64,000 nucleotides of DNA, taken from positions 1 to 64,000 of IMG/VR virus record IMGVR_UViG_3300021519_000007. One strand, given 5' to 3'. A model generated the notes under the pieces. That model was not told where the DNA came from. It made no database searches and saw only the letters and a list, made by a program, of their open reading frames with translations. The DNA comes from a virus. This document shows, piece by piece, positions 44,113 through 53,739 of this stretch (position 1 is the first letter of the stretch; each line of letters opens with the position of its first letter). The position numbers were made by a program, and so were the translations under genes.

Positions 44113-45549
44113 TTAAATTACGTTCGTGGAAACCTTGACTTTAATGAGATAAAGCAGGCCAACATATTGTGGTCTAGTGTTTATTGGAGCCTGACCAGAA
44201 TTTCCGGTAAGACCGGTGACCTTCATCTGATCAGCAATCTTGACACCGTTTTGTTCTATTATATCACCATTTACCTGACCACTCATCCTACCACTGTTGT
44301 CTTTTAACGTATTAGTGGATTGATCGCCAGAGGGCCCTGTGATAATTAACTCGTATGGGGTGCCTGTAATTCTTCCAACATCTGTTGTTTCGTTGAGGTT
44401 GTGTCCGACAAATGTTGTTGATGTTGCCTGAGCCAGGGTGGGTTTACTTGTTACGTTTGAGTATGTATAACTACCAGGAAATGTTAATCCTGCTGGATTA
44501 TTTCCCGCATATGGCCATGGATCACTAGCGCCCCCATTCGGATAAAGCCCGTGCTCGCTTGACCAGCCTATCGGGTCTCTATCGCCAGTTTTGCCCGCAC
44601 CCTTTAGATCTGCGCCATGGACGTGAGTTGTGTTTGCAACAAACGGATCTCCCGCTTGTGAGGAGGGTTTTACACGTGTAAAATATTCCTGGCCCCACGG
44701 GGCCGGTCTCGTTGTTATATCGCTAGATTGATTAAAATTATGAACATGATTTGGTGTTAGATGAACATGAGAATGAACATGAGTATGACTTTGAATCGAA
44801 TGAGTATGAGATTTGACGGTATGAGTGTGCTGTATATCATGATAGTGGTTTTGAATATGGAGGAGGCCGCCATCGTGATAATGGTTTATTGGCTTTTCAA
44901 CATTGCTACCTGTCAAACTGTTGGGCGACTCAAGGCCTGAGTCATAACCAATACCGGGAGCAAATGCCTGACCGGCCGCCTTGGGTGCGCCACTCGTCCA
45001 AAGGTTGTTTTGGTTCAGTGCTGGTTGAGCATTAGCATCAAGCGCATAACCATTGAATGCCTTGATGCCTGGCACGGTAGCATCCGCACCAATAACCATT
45101 TTGTTTCTTAGATCCGGAACGGTAATGGGTCCCGGTAGAGGGAACGAGTGGTTGGCCTGAGCGATAGTGGAGCCATCGCACGGCTGCCAGCCGTCGGGGA
45201 TTCCAATATCTCTTGTAGGCCTCCACCATTGAATGATCGTGCCGAGAGGCACATCGTTGTAGTTCAGCCCAGAGACAACCGAATAGAGGCTTCTTTTTCC
45301 GACCTGGTTTTGGTACCCACCGTTAGTTGTGCCCGGATATTTTGTGCTTGCGGAGGTTGCAATGACATCGTTGTTTCCAAGCCAGGTTGAGGCTGACCCC
45401 GTGTAAGAATTTCCGCTTGACCCGGCATACCCGTTGGGTCCACCAATAATTGCATCAATGGTGTCAAAGTTAAATACAAGATCGTCACCAATAAAAGAGT
45501 CCTGGGCTCGATCCCAAACCTTTAGTCTGCCCTTTTTAGAATTTCTCAT
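44113..45549 (-). CDS. Collar-domain fibre with His-x-His metal-binding needle
   Basis: VPLGTIIQWW...IPDGWQPCDG...VPDLRNKMVIGA collar; dense HxH run; C-terminus RPQYVGLLYLIK. Confidence 0.75.
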   Translation of the reverse strand: MRNSKKGRLKVWDRAQDSFIGDDLVFNFDTIDAIIGGPNGYAGSSGNSYTGSASTWLGNNDVIATSASTKYPGTTNGGYQNQVGKRSLYSVVSGLNYNDVPLGTIIQWWRPTRDIGIPDGWQPCDGSTIAQANHSFPLPGPITVPDLRNKMVIGADATVPGIKAFNGYALDANAQPALNQNNLWTSGAPKAAGQAFAPGIGYDSGLESPNSLTGSNVEKPINHYHDGGLLHIQNHYHDIQHTHTVKSHTHSIQSHTHVHSHVHLTPNHVHNFNQSSDITTRPAPWGQEYFTRVKPSSQAGDPFVANTTHVHGADLKGAGKTGDRDPIGWSSEHGLYPNGGASDPWPYAGNNPAGLTFPGSYTYSNVTSKPTLAQATSTTFVGHNLNETTDVGRITGTPYELIITGPSGDQSTNTLKDNSGRMSGQVNGDIIEQNGVKIADQMKVTGLTGNSGQAPINTRPQYVGLLYLIKVKVSTNVI

Positions 45550-48476
45550 TAGACACCAAACAGAAAGTTGTCATCAAAACTATCGTTGGCAGTAACTTCG
45601 CCATCAAGATAGTGTGTACCCTCAAGCACCAATTTATCTAGGTTGCGTGCTTTCCCCCGCTCGTTGACAAAATCTTTTTGCTGGTTCGGCAGATAGTGAC
45701 GACCGGCGATGTGCTCTGTGCTGGCCTTTCTGCCGGTGCTGAGATCTGTTTCTCCAACCATATCATTTTGACCCGGCCCAGCATCATCCATTGTCTCAGG
45801 AGTTCCATCGAGGGGATCGTTAATAGAATCCTCGTCAATCTCATTAGGATGAATACTATTGCGTCTATCAAACCTCATGTCATTGACATTGAATTCTTCG
45901 ATCGTAACCTCATAGGGTTCATCGCCCTCTTCGGGGAAAGCGGAATCAATTCTCTTAAGTGACACATGCTCTGGGGTGTAGTCAACAACCTCAACAATGT
46001 CAGGCTCTTGATCTTGACCAGAAAACACCTGATAGACGGCACCGATCTCAAGGGGATCGCCGTCAATATCTACGATATCTTCCTGCTTTGCCTCCATGTC
46101 GTCTTCAACCTCGGGGTTTAGGCTAAGGTTGGCGTCTGGACCGAGGTCCTCGTAAGCATCAAACTCTGCGGGTTCCTCGCTGATTGCGGCCTGGATTTGC
46201 TGACCAATCTGTCCAACAATGCCCTGTTCGGCACGACCCTGGATAGGTGATGGGGCCTGAGGTGTGTTGGTGCCAGGTTGTGCATAGGCAATCTCGGATG
46301 TCTGCGGCACATAGGCCATCGGTGTGGTCTGCGCCTCTCCCATAGGGGCGGTTTGCGGATTTTGATTGAGCATTGTTTTTGGAATAAAAACACTTCTACC
46401 ATCAGCCGTTGTTGCCATTGTGTAGTCATCAGCATGGAGAATCGACTGCTGCTGATCAGACTGCATGGTCTGTCCAGGTGGCATGGGTGCGGCAAACGAC
46501 TGTTTCTTTTTCGCTTCCATATTTTTATCTTTGAATTTATCGCCAAGAAGAACACTAAAGATCTTCTCCGCCATCTCAACAACCTTTTGAACCTTCTCGG
46601 AATCAACACCCTTAAGCGCACCGTCAATACCCTCGGCGACAACCTTTTCTGGGTCAGATGCAGCCTTCTCGTCATCTTCGGGGGTTGCATCAATCCAGCC
46701 AGAATTTTCGCCAACGATATCTTTAAGGAGTTCTGGCGAGTCGCCATGTTCAGCATTGTATCCACCGGTGCCACCAATACTGGGATCAGAGTCTTGGCCA
46801 TGGAGGTGGACAGCGAAGATGTCTTCGCTCGGCTCGGTCACCGATGTCTTCTGGTTGGCAAGGGCCTCACCAAAAAGAGAGCCGAGTTCCTCAGCATAAG
46901 GCGCAAACGTCTTAGCAATACGCGCTAGGCTATTGGCCTGTCTGACGTATTCGCTACGGTCTTCACCGCAGCAGTGGCACATGCTGTCAATTAGAGGGTC
47001 GGAACATTTGGGGCAAGAGAATTTGAAAGAGGAAAGACGTGCGTCCTCCCACTCGTTCTCATCTCTCACGTGGGAATGACGAGCAATATCCTCATCGTTC
47101 TCCAAATAGTCAACAATGTTCTCATGAATGAGTTGCTTGAAGTCGTCATTGTTTAGAAGGGTGTCGATAACCTCTTCCGGCATCTCTGGAAACTTCACGC
47201 CCTTGGCTTCTGGCTCTGCATCATCCGAACCAAGGCCCCTCATCTCTGGGTTTCCCTCTTGATCGTGTAGGCCACCGTCATCCATGTTCTTCTCGACCTC
47301 ACCCTCGGCATGTCGTACATTTGAGTTGCCTCCAATATCAGAGCGCATGTGATCTGTGTCGTCTTCGTTGTTTACAATGTCGAATACACCGGCCCCGGCG
47401 TCGGCAGAATGCTTGCCTTTGGCGTTGGGATGACGTGCTTTGTGCAGTTGAGCGTCAACTTTGGCCGCCCATGAGCGACCAGCGTCTCCACCCCAGCAAA
47501 GCCATGCAACATCCCATGCTGTGATCTCGCCGGGCTTGGCTTTCTTAGAGCGACCACCAGCGTGACGCTCAAAGAACGAGTGCATGCGATTGATGTGTTC
47601 TTCGGTTAGTTCTTCACCGGCTGCAATCTTGCGAGCGCGAGCAGCAGTAGCGGCCTCGAAACCATCGCCAGCCTTTCCCTCAGCATAATACTTCAAGCCA
47701 CGCTTAGCGGCAGCGCGAACGCCCGCAGGGGGAACCTTGTTGACTTTCTTAACTGCTTCTTCGGGGCTCTGCTTTTTCTTTGCGGCAGCCTCTTTACGAC
47801 CAGCATCGCACTTTTCGCAAGAACCGGGGGCGCAAGGCTTTGTACCGGGTACGCGCTTATAGCCGTCCCAGCATCCACAGTCCTTTGCGACCTTGGCCGA
47901 CATTGCGCGACCACCCGGGAGCGCACCATCATTGCGCTCGTTATACTCTCCAGATCCAAACTCATTATCCATTGCCATTGGGTTGGGTTTGAGTGTGCGA
48001 TCCCAGTAGGAATCTTCTGTAGCATCGTGGTCAACGTCTTCGATAGCGTTGTCCTCTTCTTTGTCAAGATCGCCGCGCTCGTCCATGTCATGGAGGATAT
48101 CTAGGACTTCGTCCAACTTGCTCTCCATGTCGGAGTGCGCCTCAACGTCTGTCGAATCAGAATCCTCTGTGTAATCGTCGACCCATTCGTTAAGATCGGA
48201 CGGTTCGCTAACAATGTCGATACCGTCCTCTGCTGCGCTAACAACATCCCAACCAATCTCTGGGTCGTAGACTAGCCGTTCGCCGTTACCTACGGACGAC
48301 TGGCGGTAGAAAGCAATGTCTGGTTCGGATGGAATTGTCTTGTCCCAGAAGACCTTTGCGGTCTTAACCACACGACCGTCGGTAAACTCTACGGTGTATT
48401 CTTTTGTGGCCGAATCAAAATCAAGAATGAGGCCGGGTGTGTTACCGGCGAAGACAGTCAGACCTAGATAGTTCAT
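45549..48476 (-). CDS. Large mosaic acidic head-region protein (putative internal/processed virion protein)
   Basis: Acidic linkers separate CWDGYKRVPG...C, a helical RMHSFFERH...AWLCWGGDAG module and a CPKC...CHCC ribbon. Start revised from TTG 48536 (which overlaps the upstream gene) to ATG 48476. Confidence 0.65.
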   Translation of the reverse strand: MNYLGLTVFAGNTPGLILDFDSATKEYTVEFTDGRVVKTAKVFWDKTIPSEPDIAFYRQSSVGNGERLVYDPEIGWDVVSAAEDGIDIVSEPSDLNEWVDDYTEDSDSTDVEAHSDMESKLDEVLDILHDMDERGDLDKEEDNAIEDVDHDATEDSYWDRTLKPNPMAMDNEFGSGEYNERNDGALPGGRAMSAKVAKDCGCWDGYKRVPGTKPCAPGSCEKCDAGRKEAAAKKKQSPEEAVKKVNKVPPAGVRAAAKRGLKYYAEGKAGDGFEAATAARARKIAAGEELTEEHINRMHSFFERHAGGRSKKAKPGEITAWDVAWLCWGGDAGRSWAAKVDAQLHKARHPNAKGKHSADAGAGVFDIVNNEDDTDHMRSDIGGNSNVRHAEGEVEKNMDDGGLHDQEGNPEMRGLGSDDAEPEAKGVKFPEMPEEVIDTLLNNDDFKQLIHENIVDYLENDEDIARHSHVRDENEWEDARLSSFKFSCPKCSDPLIDSMCHCCGEDRSEYVRQANSLARIAKTFAPYAEELGSLFGEALANQKTSVTEPSEDIFAVHLHGQDSDPSIGGTGGYNAEHGDSPELLKDIVGENSGWIDATPEDDEKAASDPEKVVAEGIDGALKGVDSEKVQKVVEMAEKIFSVLLGDKFKDKNMEAKKKQSFAAPMPPGQTMQSDQQQSILHADDYTMATTADGRSVFIPKTMLNQNPQTAPMGEAQTTPMAYVPQTSEIAYAQPGTNTPQAPSPIQGRAEQGIVGQIGQQIQAAISEEPAEFDAYEDLGPDANLSLNPEVEDDMEAKQEDIVDIDGDPLEIGAVYQVFSGQDQEPDIVEVVDYTPEHVSLKRIDSAFPEEGDEPYEVTIEEFNVNDMRFDRRNSIHPNEIDEDSINDPLDGTPETMDDAGPGQNDMVGETDLSTGRKASTEHIAGRHYLPNQQKDFVNERGKARNLDKLVLEGTHYLDGEVTANDSFDDNFLFGV

Positions 48477-48516
48477 GTTAATCTTTAAGTAAGGGGTTGA
48501 GTCTGTTTTGTTGCTT

Positions 48517-49563
48517 TTACCATTGATATCGTACAATTACAATTCCTTGAGCACCGGACCCGCCATCATTACCATAACCATAGCCTTGAGCGCCACCATC
48601 TCCATAAGTTGCAGCAGCAGCATTACCACCAGTACCATAAGTGCCGTAACCACTACCAGACCATACAGATCCTAGATTATAACCAGCACCGCCGACGCCA
48701 CCGATACCGTTCAGTAGGTTGCTTCCAGTACTGTTTCCGCCCGTGCCCTGAGCACCAGCACCACCGCCGGGAGCACCAGTGCCATTACTACCACTACCAC
48801 CACCATAATAAGTGTTACTGCCGCCATTACCGCCCCAAACTTGATTAAGACCGCCTTGACCTCCGCCACCTCCGGCAGCACCATTACCGCCATAATAAGA
48901 AGGACCACCCCCAGAACCTGAACCTGCTACTCCGCCGCCATTATCTGCAGTACCACCGCCACCACCACCCCCAACAGTAATGCCAACAGCGCCAGCACCT
49001 TGAGAAATATTCTGAACACCATTACCATAAATAGAACCGGCAGCACCACCACCACCGCCGCCATCATAGTCATAACCAGAATCGCCGCCACCACCGCCAC
49101 CACCCGCAAGGACAAAAATACCAACAGTATTACTACTTGTTGCAGAAACAGTAAAGGTATCATTAGCAGTAAACACATGATAACGATAACCACCGACAAC
49201 AGTAGGAGTGCCACCAGAAGCAGACCACATAGTATAAGAACTCGTAGCCGTAGAAGCAGCACCACGACCAACAATATTATTCGCTTTAACAGTAAACGTA
49301 TAAGCAGTACCACCCGTTAAACCAGCAACACTCCCTGTAGTAGTCGCACTGGTTCCCGTCAAACCGCCCGGAGAAGAAGTAATGGTATAAGAGGTAACAG
49401 GAGAACCACCATTATTGACGGGGGCAGTCCAAGAAAAATTAAGAGTAGAGGTTGACCTGACAGTTTCACTAGTGATAGTTAAACCAGTAGGTGCTCCCGG
49501 TAGACCAGCACCGGGAAAGAATCCTCTTACTGATAGTCCACCTAAACTAGAACGAATTGGCAT
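48517..49563 (-). CDS. FN3 + glycine-rich adhesin-like protein
   Basis: PGAPTGL...SWTAPVNNGGSPVTSY...YTFTVKANN (FN3), followed by a Gly-rich domain ending GAQGIVIVRY. Confidence 0.8.
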   Translation of the reverse strand: MPIRSSLGGLSVRGFFPGAGLPGAPTGLTITSETVRSTSTLNFSWTAPVNNGGSPVTSYTITSSPGGLTGTSATTTGSVAGLTGGTAYTFTVKANNIVGRGAASTATSSYTMWSASGGTPTVVGGYRYHVFTANDTFTVSATSSNTVGIFVLAGGGGGGGDSGYDYDGGGGGGAAGSIYGNGVQNISQGAGAVGITVGGGGGGGTADNGGGVAGSGSGGGPSYYGGNGAAGGGGGQGGLNQVWGGNGGSNTYYGGGSGSNGTGAPGGGAGAQGTGGNSTGSNLLNGIGGVGGAGYNLGSVWSGSGYGTYGTGGNAAAATYGDGGAQGYGYGNDGGSGAQGIVIVRYQW

Positions 49564-49574
49564 TACATTAACCC

Positions 49575-52500
49575 TTAAGCGAACTTAGCCGTAGAAGCAA
49601 GAACCGTATACGTGGGAGTTGCCGCTGTCTTCATAATTGTAAAAGTATACACATCTGTTGAGTTAGCATTGCCACTTGTTGGTGCTGTTCCGGTAAACCA
49701 TTTCGGAGTTACGCCCACACCGTCAATTGCAATTGGTCCCGATGGTCCAGTTGGGTAGTAGGCAGAAGATCCATTCTGACTCAAAACAGAGATTGTGATT
49801 GCTTGCCCAACCGAAAGCAATGAACTTAAGGTTGTTGTCGAATTGCCGCGAACATTGAGCCACCAATTTGCAGTTGCATTGTTGTTTGCGTACACAACCG
49901 ACTGGGTCTTTGCGTCAAAATTGACAGGACCCGTGAGTCCAGTAGTGGTTGCAAAGGTTTCTGTTGGTCCAACAACGTTAACATTGGAGAGCGTTGTTGA
50001 CCAGATCGGTCCGGTGGCTCCGCCAAACGATGTAAGAACAGATCCTGTCGGTCCCGTTGCTAAGAACGCTGTAGTGTCTGCGGAAGACTGATAGTGAATC
50101 TGACCGGCAAGACCACCCGCAACGTTTGTTGCCTTGCTTGGTGTTGGGTTAGACCCTGACGTAACGCGACCGTACGCGTCTGTTGTGACGGATGTGTATG
50201 TGCCAGCCGTTCCCGCAGTAGAAAGATCAAGAGTCGCAAGCACAGATCCTGTTGGACCAGACGGACCAGTAGCAAGAGATATTCTTCCGCTTGTCCCGGA
50301 CACTCCGGCAACATAAATTGAATTAGATCCGGATGTAACACGACCGTATGTGTCTGTTGTAACGGAATTGTAGGTTCCAGCCGCTCCGGTTGTTTGCAAA
50401 CCAACAGTAATAGCGTTTGCACCAGTTGGTCCGGACACCGAGAACGTCAGTTGTCCGCTTGGACCCGTGACACTAGAGACAATAACAGATGAATTATTAA
50501 CGGCGTCAGTGATTCCGTAGCCAGACAGCGTTGTTGGATTTGTTCCCGCCGTCACACGTCCGTAGGTGTCAACGGTCACAGATCTATATGTGCCAGTGCT
50601 AGATATGACATTAGAAGCAAGATCTATTGTGGACAGAACGGATCCTGTTGGTCCCGACGGTCCGGTCGAAAGAGAAACTCTTCCGCTTGTTCCGGCAACT
50701 CCAGCGATATACGTTGGATTAGATCCGGCGGTAACACGACCGTAGGCATCTGTTGTTACAGAGTTATACGTTCCAGATGTTCCCGTTGTTGGTAAGCCAA
50801 CAGTTATCGCATTGGCCGTGGTGGGACCAGTAACGCTAAACGTTAACTGACTACTTGGACCCGTGACGCTAGTCACAATTTGATCAACAATGTTATGAGC
50901 GACTAGCGTTGTTGGATTGCTGCCTGATGTTACTCGACCATATGTGTCAACGACAACAGACTGATATGTCCCAGCAGAAGCGACACCCGTTGGTAGATCG
51001 ATTGATACGGCGTTTGAACCCGTTGGTCCCGTGACGCTAAACAACAAACGGTTTGGACCCGTAACACTGGCGACCAAAAGGGAAGTTGAGCCATTGGTAA
51101 CGCGACCATAAGCATCGGTGGTAACAGAGTTGTACGTTCCAGCAGTTCCGGTTGTTCCAAGTTCAAGAGTAATGGCATTGGACCCGGTTGGTCCACTAAC
51201 AGACGCCACAACTCTTCCGCTTGGCCCCGTAACACTAGAGACGATTACAGAGGAACTGCTTACCGCGTCGGTGATCCCATAACCAGATAGCGTTGTCGGG
51301 TTAGTTCCTGCCGTGACGCGCCCGTAGGTGTCAACAGTCACAGATCTGTATGTTCCTGTGCTTGAGATTACACCAGAGGCTAGATCAAGTGTTGGGTTGC
51401 CAGACACTCCACTGCCATTTGATACGGTAATTCTTGCAGAACTTGCTGTGGCAATGCTTGCTGTCGATGTTGTTCCAGTCGCCGTCTTGACGATGAATCC
51501 TGTTCCCGCAAGACTTGGGATGGAGGCAAGGATGCCTGTGCTGTCTAGCGGTTGAGCGTCGTTGATTCCATACAGGGCAAGCGTATTCGGGTTTGTTCCC
51601 GACGTAACTCGTCCGTAAGTATCAACCGTTACTGACTTATATGTGCCAGCACCCGTGCTAACAATATTTGAAGCGAGGTCGAACGTTGCCACAACGGACC
51701 CCGTTGGGCCAGAGGGCCCTGTGGCCAAAGATATTCTCCCGCTTGTTCCAGAGACATCAGCAACATACGCTGGGTTAGAGCCAGCAGTAACGCGACCCTT
51801 AGAATCGATTGTGACCGAAGCGTAGGTCCCGGTTGGGCCAGTCAAAGACGCAAGGGTGGGATTGGGATAGGATCCTGCAAGATCGCCGCCTGCTGGGCCC
51901 GTTGGTGTTCTGGAATTTGTGAGCGCTGCATTTGTGCTGAGAACAACTGGCGTCCCGCCAGATGTTATCGCGCTCGTCACAGCAAGATCTCCGCTGATGC
52001 TTGTTGTTGCGCTAATTGTTAACTGACCAGGACTTGATCTGTATATAGAGGCGTCAGTAGAACCGCTTCCAGACCCCCAAAGAATCTGGCCGTCTGCCTG
52101 TACAGAAAGTCGGTTATAAGTGTCCCCGTCGACCTTACCCTGAAATACCAGATCGGTTGATACAGATCCAACTGAGGAGAATGTGTTTATAGATTCAATA
52201 ACTGGTTCGGTTGTAGGGCGGTATAGATAGGTGTCTGTGCCAATAGCAATACCACCCAAGGGGCCCTGTGTCGGCAAAGACAGTTGCTCGGCTGTCTCTA
52301 AAACACCACCGGTCCCACTGTATAGAGAAACACCTCCGCCTAGCATGATGCCACCCATTGAGCCCGTATCCATTATGGACAACTGGCCCTGAGAAATGGT
52401 TAGCGCAGCAGTACCGACATCTGAGTTTATTGTTAAACCAGATGCGCCAAGGGATGTCGACCCAAGTAGGATGTTCTCAATGGAAATTATTTCATCCCAT

Positions 52501-52586
52501 GCGGGACCCACATGATTATGGTCAATAAGTTGACCAACAACAATCCCAGAAGGCTTGTTTGCTGTACTACTCGGGAAAGAGGTCAT
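49575..52586 (-). CDS. Repetitive fibre protein (GTYxSVTxDxYGRVTxG repeats)
   Basis: About 9 copies of the GTY[RKNQT]SVT[VT]D[TA]YGRVT[AS]G fibre repeat; C-terminus KWFTGTAPTSGNANSTDVYTFTIMKTA. Confidence 0.75.
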   Translation of the reverse strand: MTSFPSSTANKPSGIVVGQLIDHNHVGPAWDEIISIENILLGSTSLGASGLTINSDVGTAALTISQGQLSIMDTGSMGGIMLGGGVSLYSGTGGVLETAEQLSLPTQGPLGGIAIGTDTYLYRPTTEPVIESINTFSSVGSVSTDLVFQGKVDGDTYNRLSVQADGQILWGSGSGSTDASIYRSSPGQLTISATTSISGDLAVTSAITSGGTPVVLSTNAALTNSRTPTGPAGGDLAGSYPNPTLASLTGPTGTYASVTIDSKGRVTAGSNPAYVADVSGTSGRISLATGPSGPTGSVVATFDLASNIVSTGAGTYKSVTVDTYGRVTSGTNPNTLALYGINDAQPLDSTGILASIPSLAGTGFIVKTATGTTSTASIATASSARITVSNGSGVSGNPTLDLASGVISSTGTYRSVTVDTYGRVTAGTNPTTLSGYGITDAVSSSSVIVSSVTGPSGRVVASVSGPTGSNAITLELGTTGTAGTYNSVTTDAYGRVTNGSTSLLVASVTGPNRLLFSVTGPTGSNAVSIDLPTGVASAGTYQSVVVDTYGRVTSGSNPTTLVAHNIVDQIVTSVTGPSSQLTFSVTGPTTANAITVGLPTTGTSGTYNSVTTDAYGRVTAGSNPTYIAGVAGTSGRVSLSTGPSGPTGSVLSTIDLASNVISSTGTYRSVTVDTYGRVTAGTNPTTLSGYGITDAVNNSSVIVSSVTGPSGQLTFSVSGPTGANAITVGLQTTGAAGTYNSVTTDTYGRVTSGSNSIYVAGVSGTSGRISLATGPSGPTGSVLATLDLSTAGTAGTYTSVTTDAYGRVTSGSNPTPSKATNVAGGLAGQIHYQSSADTTAFLATGPTGSVLTSFGGATGPIWSTTLSNVNVVGPTETFATTTGLTGPVNFDAKTQSVVYANNNATANWWLNVRGNSTTTLSSLLSVGQAITISVLSQNGSSAYYPTGPSGPIAIDGVGVTPKWFTGTAPTSGNANSTDVYTFTIMKTAATPTYTVLASTAKFA

Positions 52587-52591
52587 ACAGA

Positions 52592-53011
52592 CTAACCTAC
52601 GACTTCTACAACCGCCGTTGCCGTGACATCATTGGTGCTGGTTAGGCGCAAGAAGTTTGGCGTGTAAGGAGAGAGTTCAATCGTCGCTTTTCCGGCAGCG
52701 GCAAACTCAAACCCGGTCAGGGCATACGAAAGGGCCCCTCCCAATATGTAGTAAGGATGAGCGTCTTCATGACCGGGATTATAGTTTCTACCAGCCGAAC
52801 GATTCGCAGCATAAGCGGCTTCAACCAAAATCGTTGTTGGACCATCGACTTCAATATGAACAGCAACGTTTGTTTGTGCACCAACAACGGCGTAAGAGGA
52901 AGCGCCATATACATCGTTCGGACCAGTCGGACCAGTCGGACCAGTCGGACCATACGCTCCTGTGGATTCGTTGTTCCAGACTACTTGGACGCCACGATTA
53001 AGAACAGCCAT
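52592..53011 (-). CDS. Small virion protein with GPT stub (fibre base/spike-like)
   Basis: [12 protein letters not shown] inserted in a beta protein; upstream of a fibre gene. Confidence 0.55.
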   Translation of the reverse strand: MAVLNRGVQVVWNNESTGAYGPTGPTGPTGPNDVYGASSYAVVGAQTNVAVHIEVDGPTTILVEAAYAANRSAGRNYNPGHEDAHPYYILGGALSYALTGFEFAAAGKATIELSPYTPNFLRLTSTNDVTATAVVEVVG

Positions 53012-53050
53012 TTATCTTATCCTTCTAGGGTTCACTATTTAAGCGTAAGG

Positions 53051-53100
53051 AAAAACAAAAAACTACAGCCCCCAAATCCAAAAGGACTGGGGGCTGCGGT
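53051..53100 (-). terminator. Intrinsic terminator
   Basis: ACCGCAGCCCCCA...TGGGGGCTGTAGT followed by TTTTTGTTTTT. Confidence 0.85.
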
Positions 53101-53134
53101 CGTGCCGATCCTCTGTTGAGTGGATCGGTGGGTG

Positions 53135-53569
53135 TTAGTTCTCTGTAATTGTTAAAGCACCCGCAGAAAAACTCGCCGTGTCACCCGTACTGATGGACTT
53201 TGGCGTCGTGAGGTCGCCCCAATAAAGAATATTACCAGAAGACGCGGCATCAAGCAGGGCGAACTGATTGATTATGCCCCAAGATGCTGTTGCTGTTGAC
53301 CATGTGATTGCTACACCGTTTTGCTTGAGACCCGTTGTTGAGCCGGTAGCGTTTGGCCAATTGGTTGTGTCGTTGGTGAGCGATTGGCGACCGTAGGCGG
53401 TGCCAGACGCACTCACTTCGTTTGCTGCAGTTCCACCCGATGGATCAGTCAATGAGCCAGCAGTGGTCCAGAGACCGACGTAAACGGTGGCGGCGGCAGT
53501 GTAAGGGGTATTACCGAGAACGTGATTTAGAATTACCTTTGAAAGATAATTGGATTTTGATCCCGCCAT
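53135..53569 (-). CDS. Small beta-rich virion structural protein (widespread phage family)
   Basis: SNYL...VYVGLWT...EVS...YGRQ...WGII..FALLDAASSGNILYWG...GDTASFSAGALTIT. Confidence 0.7.
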   Translation of the reverse strand: MAGSKSNYLSKVILNHVLGNTPYTAAATVYVGLWTTAGSLTDPSGGTAANEVSASGTAYGRQSLTNDTTNWPNATGSTTGLKQNGVAITWSTATASWGIINQFALLDAASSGNILYWGDLTTPKSISTGDTASFSAGALTITEN

Positions 53570-53739
53570 TACTTAAACTCCCATTTGTTCGTTTCGTCGT
53601 TCCAGATAATCTCTGGTCGTTTTTCAATTTCTTCTACTGTCAGTGCGCCGTGTGTTGTGACATCTTCGGGCATTGATACGAACTTTGTGCCAGTCCAACA
53701 AATTGGGCCAACAGTTTTCTCAGACTTTTTACTAGTCAT
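53569..53739 (-). CDS. Hypothetical 56-aa protein (start revised)
   Basis: TAATG overlaps at both ends; MTSKKSEK...WEFK. Confidence 0.55.
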   Translation of the reverse strand: MTSKKSEKTVGPICWTGTKFVSMPEDVTTHGALTVEEIEKRPEIIWNDETNKWEFK

